A stretch of 64,000 nucleotides of DNA from Nageia nagi (taxonomy: Eukaryota; Plantae; Pinophyta), in assembly GCA_050084985.1 (NCBI GenBank), contig JBITNC010000001.1:130200001-130264000 (forward strand), given 5' to 3'. Shown here piece after piece: positions 54,501 to 64,000 of this stretch. Below the pieces are notes generated by a model. That model was not told where the DNA came from, ran no database searches, and was given only the letters and a program-made list of their open reading frames with translations. A program made the translations under genes and the position numbers. Each line of letters opens with the position of its first letter. Positions within the stretch are counted from its first letter, which is position 1.

Positions 54501-57365
54501 GGCCTAAATAACATGAGACCAAGGCTTCTTTATAAACTTGGAGTAAGTCTAGGATGACAATGTCCCAAAATTCTTTGTAAAATTCATAAGAGAATCCATG
54601 AATTCCAGGAGCCTTATCATTGGCCATTTGAGAAAGGCAACTTTCAAATCCTCTAAAGAAAGGGAAGCATAAAAAAATTTCCTCTTAGATAATATAAATT
54701 TTGAGATATGACAAATTTGCACCCTATAATAGACACTACTCTTATAGGGGTTAAAGAGTGAGTAACCAAGACTGATTGATAATGCTTAACAAAAATCTCC
54801 ATAATCTCTGGTAAGTTGGTGAAATAGATCCCATTAGATTGAATGGCTTTGAATTGATTTGCATGAATAGGAGGCCTAAGATTTTGGAAAAATTCTTTTA
54901 TAACTCTATCCCCTAATTTAAGCCAGTTGAGCTAGGCTCAAACTTGGGTAGCTCTAGCTTCATACAATTTAGCTTTCCTAATCTCATGTTGAAGAGGAGA
55001 AACATAGGCTTTAGTTGCATGACTGAATGGATTAGCCTATAGGTATCAATTATCCCAAGAAAGCTCTTCCTTAACAACCAAATTAGATCTTCTCTATCTC
55101 TTACAAAAATCCATCCCTAATGTGCATAATACTTTAGTAGTATGAATTATCACTTGATTCCATCATTGAATCCATCTAGAAGACCCTAAGGGCCTATGAA
55201 ACATATTCTAGATTCTATAAATATAAGCTTTCATTGTAGAGTATTACAAAAAGAAAGTGTTTAGGTAAAAGGGAAAGGGGAGATTACGAGTGGGAGGTTG
55301 AGAGAAAGAAATTTTAAAGAGTATCAGAGAGTGATCTAAAAGAGTATTACCAAGAATAATAGAAACAAAGGGAAAAGTAGAGGATAACCTTTGAAAATAA
55401 AAAAATAAGTCACACTTCAAATCATGGCTCTATTAAGACATTTGAGGACACAAGCTTCATTAGATTGGAAATTCAACTAGGTAAACCACTAAGCTTTAGG
55501 AGAGTTAGCAAGGAAAAAGGTGCAATTAGCATCAAAAAGGCTAAACTAAATTTTCATAAAAAACCATGCCTTCTACTTACCCAAATTCCATCTCATAGTG
55601 ATTTTACTTAGTTTATTTGAATAATTTTCAACCATATTGAAATCCCCACACAAAATGCATAGGTGAGCCAATGCCATAACTTTTTTCTCTCTTGGGCATC
55701 ATTGGAAGCATAAATATTGACAATACCAAAGGGTTTTCTAGAAATATCGAGAAGGACCTAGATGGGTTGATTAGAAGGGTCAACTTTGAAAGAAACAATA
55801 TTACATTACCATTAAGGAGAAATGAAAAAAATTGCTCCCCTATTTTAAAAGCATGATTGATGTGAAAGAAAGGGCTCCTTGGACAAAGAAACTAATAAGT
55901 ACATTGCAGAATAAAATCAACTATTTTGACTTCTTATAAATAAACAAAATCCAACATATAATGAGAATGAGTAGTATCATCAAGCTCATACCAAATCATA
56001 TATTTGTAGGTTAGGTCCATAAACCCTCTCACATTCCATGAAAAAATAATCATTGAGGAATGTCAAGGATTTGAAGATCCATGGTAACCTCAACATCTCC
56101 CAACACATGTAGAGACTCAAATGAGTTACTGTCACTTTGCATTCTATAAAAAAAAAAACCAACTTATTGATATTTCTCCATAGGTTCATGATGATTTCCC
56201 CTTTGTGGGATTATATATCAATGTAGTTTGAAGGAAGGTTCCTCCACACAAGAAGTAAGGGGCATTGTTACTATTGAGGCATAAGAGGGACCAAACCAAA
56301 TGGACTTCACAAAAGGGTCACTAGTAGCACTTGAACCCATAGTCGTAACCATGGGTGGTTGAATCACCTAGTCAATGCTAGTAGATTGCATATCAGCTTA
56401 ATTAAAAATAATGACTTGGGGTATGTGACCAAGATTAGCTTGTTGAATATTTTGGGCATTAATAGAAATCTAGTTGCATTGATTATGGATAAGAGTTCAT
56501 TCATCTTCCCTATTCTTGCTTGTAGCAATAAAAGTAGAGGAGGAAGGTGGGTTAACAACAATAGATTTTTCCTTAAACCTACCAACCATGAGAGGGAAGT
56601 CATAAATCTTGTAATTCAAAGAGTAGTAATGGTAGCAAGTATTTGAGTCCAATAAACTCCAATCATTTATGGAGGCCTTCATCACTGATATTAATACCAA
56701 TAAATTTAGGAAAATCCTAAGTGAGTTCTACTTTAACATAAACCCTTTTGGAGGGCTAAGCCAAAAAGAAGCATGTAGTTTCATAACATACAAACTTTTT
56801 GAGACTTTCAACTAAGGATTTCAAGAAATACCACATGGAAATGGGAAGGCTAGGGAATTTTACCCAAATAGGAACATGAGTTGTACCTTCATTTTGTATA
56901 TAAAAATATGCATTGTAAAGTCCTAAAACTAGCAAGGAGTTATGTATGGTACAAGGGCCTTTACTAAGCACCTTTTGGGCATGCATAGGATCAAAGAATT
57001 AAAACAAAAATTACCATTTAGAAAGATTTTGGACATTTTCAACCTTAACACCATAAGGACTCTATACCTAGCCTACCCAAGTACATAATAGAGTATCATT
57101 GGGAATCCTACCTAGAAAATAACCCACTAAAGTATGTGACTCAAACCATTGGTAGGTTGAAGAAAATTCTTCAACAAGAATAAAAACCTAAGGAATAGAA
57201 GCATTACCTCATGCTCTACCTTCGGAAGGAATTTGCAAGTATGTTTCCTAGGTTCCATTAAAAACCCTAGTAGCTTCATCAATAGATCAAGTGTACAAAT
57301 GAGGGTGTCTTGTAGTAGTCTGAGTGGATTAATGTGTTATGATGTAGGCAACATGGGGAAAACTC
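51550..57365 (-). mobile_element. L1-clade LINE, near full length, decayed
   Basis: ORF1 DUF4283-like KGP..I...VPIWVKFPSLP (56756-57100); endonuclease SWNVRG, EVK, GDFN (55300-56050); RT PITLLNVTYKIIAK, KKAYD, CPLAPSLF, LGIP (53550-54600); zf-RVT region ~52550-52700; short T-tract at 51550. Confidence 0.92.
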
Positions 57366-57509
57366 CTAGCTATTAATATATGCATACATAATGGCCCAGC
57401 TCAGCTCTTCCTATATCACACAAACTCATTATTTAAAATTCATTTAAATGATAAAGTTAAATAAATATTATTATTTAATTTATATACAATTACTTTTGAT
57501 AAATTGAAC

Positions 57510-57725
57510 ATGATAATTATTTATTTTTAATAGTAAAATACAATATTTTGTATTGATTGTAATTTATTATGAATATTTAATATTCAAAGGTAGTTAAATA
57601 TTAAATTTTATAATGATAATTATTTATTTTAAATAGCAAAATATATTTTTTGTATTAATTATAATTTACTATGAATATTTAAGATTTAAGGGTAGTTAAA
57701 TGTTAAATGTTAAAATGATAATTAA
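57510..57725 (+). repeat. Tandem duplication, ~103-bp unit
   Basis: atgataattatttatttt.aatag.aaaata...ggtagttaaat occurs twice. Confidence 0.85.
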
Positions 57726-58799
57726 TGTTGAATTATATATATAAAATTCAAATTGTAAATTAGTATAAAAACAAAAGTAGTCATTTTTATAGCATAATGA
57801 AAAAGAATAAGAAGGGAGTTCTTATTCCATGTTGTTAAAAATGAATGCATGGATTTTTATATATTAGAGAACTTACAAAAGTATTTATTTAATATGGTGA
57901 CTTAAATCCTTGGGTGAATATGTGTTCCTTTAGTATGTGTTGACTTCTCATCTTATGTGAATGTGACCTTTTCCTTTTGAAATAATAGAAGTAACTATAA
58001 AATTGTTTTTACCCTTGGATGTATCTTAAGGTGTATAAAAGTTGTCTAAACTTGATAAAAATTGGAATCAAACTTATTCTTGAATATTGGTACTTTCTTT
58101 TAGAAAATGATGTGAAATGAATTTAGAAACATTTTATGTGAGTAGACATAAACAATGGTATATGTTATACGCTTAAGGAAGGATGAAGAATATTCAATGG
58201 CATATGGTAGTATGCTAATGTTGAAAGTTCCTTGATTATTAAATAGCATATTATGAAATGTTTGTTGAAAAGAAAGCATACTTTGTAATATAAACAAGGA
58301 GACATCATAGATATATGATGAAGAGTTCCTGAGATATTTGATATTTTTATTAGCTTGTAAATAGTTGTTATTGTTGTAAAAGTGATGTATAGGCATTATT
58401 TATTGATGATGGTTGAGATTCTTTTCTTGAGATATTTTGTGAATGTATGAAAATGTATTTACACTATCGGATATGCATATTATTAAAGAGGTGGTTCTTA
58501 TCCCAAAAATATTGGTTACCTCTATTTTAGTAAGTAGAACCAAAATGGAATGAGAAGGAGAATGGATAATTATGAAGGCCTTATTGTGGAATTACTTGTA
58601 TTTAATGTAATTAAGTTTTGATTTGTAATTAAGATTTGATTTGTATATTGAGATTTGATTTGTATATCAAAAATTGTAAAATAATTTAAAGAGATAAACT
58701 TTTCCATTATATATTTATGTTTTTATGAATGTGTCAATATGTATATTTATTTAAATTTCATTATTGAATGAAATTTTATGTTTATTATATTTCCTTCTA

Positions 58800-59570
58800 T
58801 TACCCTATATCATTATCGAGTACTATCTATGAAGTCTCTAACCCTACCATTGAGTCATCTTATTAAAGGATTTTATTTTTGTTAAATAATTCTTCCAAAC
58901 AAGGCATTGGTTTCCATTTCCTACTTTAGTTTAGCATTTTAATCTTATTTGATAATTATTTCTTATCAATCTCCTTTATAATGTTTAAAATCCTTCATCA
59001 TTTCCTTTTTCTAGGGTGGGGGGTTCTAGGAGTAGTCTTGGGTTCCTGCATTTCCTCTCACACTATTTTGAGATAATTCCATACCATATACCCACACTCA
59101 TCAAAATGTTTATATTTAAAGGATATTTATTCATAATCTACTTGTTTCCTTCATGTATTTAGTTCATCTAACGTTTTCTCTAGGTGCATCTATAATACTA
59201 ATTCTCCTATTACTTCCTTAGATATTCCTATGTATGTGTTCAATATGTTTTCAATCATTTATAAGATATCATCTATCCAAAATTCTATTGGAAGGGAAAA
59301 AATATTAATATATATTGGTGTTTTATATGGTTCAACTTAAGGATTAAACACTAATATCTAAGTTTGCATGAAGAACCTTGTAGGTCCAATACTATATGGA
59401 CCTACTTCATAATATCTATACTTATTTAATAACATTATGAATTTTATTACAAAGTAACCATTTGAAAACAACTAGATATCCACTTACCCTTATGGCTCCC
59501 AATGTTTCCTTTCCCAATTATATAGGAAGCGATGGGATGGCCTTAACCCTATGAATTTGTAGATCAAGGT
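58800..59570 (-). mobile_element. L1 LINE ORF1 fragment
   Basis: Minus-strand GPYSIGPTRFFMQT*ILVFNP and PIYINIFSLPIEFWIDDIL, DUF4283-type motifs. Confidence 0.65.
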
Positions 59571-61138
59571 ATGGGTGAAATACTTGTATATGATATTATA
59601 AATATTTAATTATTCTTTTATTTCTAATATAGGAGTAAATTACATCATATAGAAACATTGATTATTTTTTTGTTTTCTCTATTATTATGATATTTTTTAT
59701 TTCAATTTCATGCATACTTTTCCCAGCTAAGCCCTTGTACTATTAATACGCTTCATAGCTTCCACAAATGAGCAATGATTTGAATAGTTTTCATAATTAG
59801 ATTTTTAAGGATTTGTTTAGGTTTTATTTCTTCCTAATAAGGCCTCAATTATGAAAATATCTCTTTATTAAATTTACATCTCTTTCTTTGTGAATATTAC
59901 TACCTTTCAACCACTTATGATCTAAATCAAAGAAATTTTTCAAATCAATTTAAATACTTAAAAAGATAGTAGAGAAACCTATTAGACTTCCTTCCATATG
60001 ATTCTATATTGAAGAACCATTATAAATCTAAGTACTATATATTTTTATACATTAGTATAATATTGATGTAAAACTTGATACACGATTGCAATCTTGATTT
60101 AAATACTTTCTATCTTTCAACATTCCTACCATAGGTTGAATCCCCCTAGTCAACTTCAAAAACTTGAGTGATGGTTTGTATCATATTGTGTATAGGCTAT
60201 ATTGGATTACATGCTCGAATTTCTACAAAACCCTATAAATTTCTTATTATAAAAAATCAAATTACATTTCAAGAGTATATTAATTATTCATTACCCATAT
60301 TAGGTAAGTCATCTTATTTAATAAATTTTATTAATGATTTTTCAAGAAAGTATTAGGTATATTTGCTTAAGATAAAGATGAGGATTTAGGTGTTTTCATT
60401 TTTTTTTTAAATTCTTTAAAAAATAAAAATATATAAAATATTAAGCATATAAGAATTGATCAGGGTGGAGAATATTATTCAAGATATATCAAACAAATTT
60501 GTGAAGAGAATAAAATTAGGAGATATCTTAAAACTACTAATCATTTTAATAGTCATTCAATATCTAACTCCCTTTACATACATATACAAAATCTTATTGT
60601 TAATTATAATCATTTTCCATAACCATATAATTCGATAAAATTTAGGTTTTTCTCCTTCTTTTTAAGCCTTCAACTTTTGAACTCTCTTTTCTCAATTGTG
60701 ATTGCACCAAAACCACGGATGCACCTATATTACTTAGTTAGTTTTCATATAATACTTATCTTCTAAACCTTACTTGTTTTATATTTTTATACATTCTATA
60801 AATATTTTTATTTCCAACATAAAAAAAGTTAAAAATTAAGTGTTATCTAAACATGGATAGTTAAAATGATTATTTTTCTAGTGTTGACCATTATATTAAT
60901 CCAAATCATTTTCATATTAACATAAAAATATATTTGATTAAAATGTTAATTGGTAAACTAAATACATAAGTTTTAATACTTCTATACCAATCAATAATTA
61001 TCCTATAGATCTTAACCTAATTTATTCAAATCATGAATATTCTCTATCTAGTGTCGTATATCACCCTTTCTTTTCTCCTCCTTATTTAATTTCTTGAACT
61101 AATTGTATGAACTTTATGGACTAAAGTTACATGTCTTG

Positions 61139-62132
61139 TGTAGGGTTGGGAAACATTGATGACTCTCCAATAAAATTATACCCCTAATCAAAGGTGAAAT
61201 TGTTATTGCTTATGCTTCAAATCTATTAAGCTTGCAAAAATTAATAAAAGAAAAAAAGAAAAGTTAGTATGCTAAATTGAACAGGCATTAGAAATTCATG
61301 TAAATGTGAATGTGGGTATGTGCTTTTGAATAGTGAAGGTACTAATATCAAACCTAAACTATATTCTAAAGCTTAACCTAGATTTAATCTAATCTAATAG
61401 TACATTATGCCTAAACTAAGAGCTAAATTAAGCTAGGCACTACCCTAGTTAACTCAATACCTTGGCAATCATTTTCAAAACTTATAATGAGAGGTGAATC
61501 AACTCATGGTAGGTGATAGGATCGAAGGGAATGGATAGCACCACATGCCCTATGAATCACTATCGATGAGGATTGTTGGTTTGGAAAACCTAAAAGAAAA
61601 TTCCCTTCTATTTTGCTTGTCCTTTACTAGCATCGAGAGTTTTCAAGGAGGAATTCCATGTGGAGGTTTTTGCTACTCCTAAACCTCTCATGATGCCTAG
61701 AGATGGTGTTGAAAATGTACCTTTTTATATGTGTGTGAGAGTATTATTTGGAGTAGATTTGATCATCATGGAATTGTTTAGGGATTTAGAAGTGATGATT
61801 TCTTCTCTTGTACTACATTTTATATTGGGGTTTAACTACTTCATGGTCATCCCTAGAATGAAGGAAAATTTTAGGAAAAATGGGTAATGGACTATCTATT
61901 ACTATCAATATTTCTAGGAAAAAGATCTTTATAATTATTGAAGCTTGATTGAAAACTATAGAAGTGATTTTTAAACTAGGGTTTTGGAATCTTGGAAAGG
62001 TTTTGACATTATTTTGGCTTCCAAGATAGAATTTGGGATTTCTTTTCACTTGGGCTTTTGATTTGTTTTGTCTATACCACCAAGTAGGATTTTGTGTGCA
62101 CCCTTATTAGTTATAAATATTTGTAGGTTACA
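61139..62132. mobile_element. Possible solo LTR
   Basis: TGTA...TACA ends and LTR-like composition; no TSD. Confidence 0.3.
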
Positions 62133-62336
62133 ATTTAAACTCTATAGCATTCAAAATGATAAAAGTATGTATCTAGTATTTTGGGTAAAGTCATGCATGC
62201 ATTATTTAAATTCATTATTGTAAAAAGGATTACGGTATTAGTTGTTATACCCTTAATGAAAATATACTATTATTTGAGAATAAATAGCATGCATGAAAAG
62301 TTTACTATTCATTTTGCATAAAAATATGTATGTTTC

Positions 62337-64000
62337 TGTTGGAATTATATCCTACATATCCCTAAGTCCTAAGTTAATAGATTAATTAATTAGGATTAAG
62401 AGTATTTTCCCTAAAGTATTTCCCTAAAGTCTAAAGTGTAGGATTAAATATTTAGGGTATATTCCTTGTGATTTGTTGTTATAACAAATTTGTCATGTAG
62501 TGATCTAAGGGTGATACGTATAGTGTGAAGTTAGAGTTTTATTATGGGTTGAGAATATTATCCTCAACTTCTTATTTTGTCTTGTAATGGCTTTCTTAAG
62601 CCTATATATGTAACTCATTTTGATGAGTAATATAGAACATTATAGTTCTCTCAATTGGTATCAGAGCTGAATCAATCATAGGGTTAGAGTGGGTGAAGTC
62701 TTGAAGGATCTTATCAAGCTCCTCAAGGACTTTCATCAAGTTATTGAGCTTGTAAATGCATTGCAAAGAATTTATAAAATTCTTGCAAGTGTGAGATCCA
62801 AAGCCTATGGAGAAAAAATAGTTGCATGAGGTTTGAAGGAAACCCACGCACAGCAGAAAAGAGGAGACGTGCATCCAGGTTTGATCAACAGTGAGATCAA
62901 GTTCTATGGAGGAGAGGGAGATGAGAAATCTCCATTGAAGATCGCCAGACCTGCAAAGAGCTGATACGTGAGAGAGGAGTTGCACGCTAACAAATGACTT
63001 GATCTGTCACACAGAGGAGGAGACGTGAAGCTCGCACGGAGGTGGCTTGCACAGAGGAGACGAGGCTGGTCAGAAGCTTACATGGAGGAGGAAAGCCACT
63101 AATGTGCTTGGTGATCTGCAAGGAAGTACGTGGAGGAGAAAATAATTCATAGTCTGAAGCTGCTTGCACGGAGGAGAAAACTTTTCATGTGGAGGAGGAA
63201 AATGCTGACTGAGATCGCATGAAGCGAAGGTACGTGAAGGAGGTGGCTTGCATGGTATGGAAGAGCTTGTGTGGTTTGGAAGAGCTCATGGAGGAGGTCT
63301 GTAGCTCGCGTAGAGGTTTCATGTGCATGAAGGAGGTGGCCTGCATAGTAGAGGAGATCGCATGAAGTACATCGTCTAAAGCTCATGCGATGGAGGACAT
63401 GCATGAAGCTCTCGTGTAAGGAGGACATGCATTGTACGTTGGGAAACATGAATTGATCTGGTTGGAAGACTTCTGTTATGGTGAAATAGTGCCAATACCT
63501 ATTAAGGAAAGCTAAGTAATTGGTAACCTGATTCATGCGTTTGATGGCCCAGGAGATGTTAAAAAAAAATGAATTGATCTGGTGACGTTCACGTGCGGGT
63601 CTTAATGAGATTGCTGGGTGATGAGACCAATCACACCCACTATCAGTATTTTGAAGGCACCCAGAAGTAGTTGTGCTGAAGTTGATAAAAAAAGTACATG
63701 CCTTTCCTATTGAAGATGAACTAGAGAAAGAAATCGAAGAGGTACGAACTGATCCAGAGGAGGAGACCTGCGCGAAGGAGAACGCTACGTGGAGGAGGAA
63801 CACTATGTGGAGGTGCATTGTTGGAGGAGTCTCTGAAGGAGATGTACATTGGAATACTCATGCGAAGGAGATGTGAAAGAGGCATGAGTCTGCTACAAAA
63901 AGAGCCTAACGTGGAGATGCTGAATACATGTGGTTTGAATTATATAGCACTCTGCTGTAGTGCAAACAGGTTGTGCTCTAATTAAAAAAACATGCATGCA
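62337..64000 (+). mobile_element. Young LTR retrotransposon (LTR 62337-62653, tRNA-iMet PBS) with no recognisable gag; continues beyond window
   Basis: TGTTGG...TCTCA 317-bp LTR candidate, perfect TGGTATCAGAGC at 62656-62667, CpG-rich repetitive interior. Confidence 0.75.
62656..62667 (+). promoter_or_regulatory. Primer binding site, tRNA-iMet
   Basis: Exact TGGTATCAGAGC, 2 nt after the CA end of the LTR. Confidence 0.9.

Noticed and set aside
62337-62653. Retrozyme or Cassandra LTR
   Set aside because: LTR size and PBS fit, but no hammerhead core or 5S rRNA-like segment is visible.
63147-63818. 223-aa minus-strand ORF as a real CDS
   Set aside because: Ser/His/Leu-rich translation of a repetitive purine-biased strand with no motif; kept only as part of a finding.

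Overview
AT-rich, strongly CpG/CHG-depleted intergenic DNA from a large plant genome (element types point to a gymnosperm; inference). No intact host protein-coding gene, rRNA, tRNA or CRISPR array was seen. The window is a nest of decayed transposons: (A) a ~17 kb + strand Ty3/Gypsy Tat-type LTR element (227-17525), order gag-PR-aRH-RT-RH-INT, plus a long extra ORF split by an inserted LTR that carries a 310-bp tandem array; (C) the 5' half of a - strand Ogre/Tat-type Gypsy element with a tRNA-Arg PBS (17526-23761); a - strand hAT transposase pseudogene preceded by an exon/intron-like, CpG-retaining leader (~24100-30570); a Copia-like solo LTR; an RTE-like LINE fragment; a CpG-rich MULE-like TIR element (~34985-35930); a Sirevirus-like Copia LTR+PBS+gag stub (37979-40265); (D) an internally deleted Tat element (42002-48323); a probable solo LTR; a near full-length L1 LINE (- strand, ~51550-57365) and an L1 ORF1 fragment; and a young, apparently non-coding LTR element with a tRNA-Met PBS running off the right edge (62337-64000). 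The best candidates for undescribed biology are the extra ORF of element A, the spliced-leader hAT, the CpG-rich MULE/promoter island and the non-autonomous element at the right edge. All calls were made by eye and boundaries are approximate.
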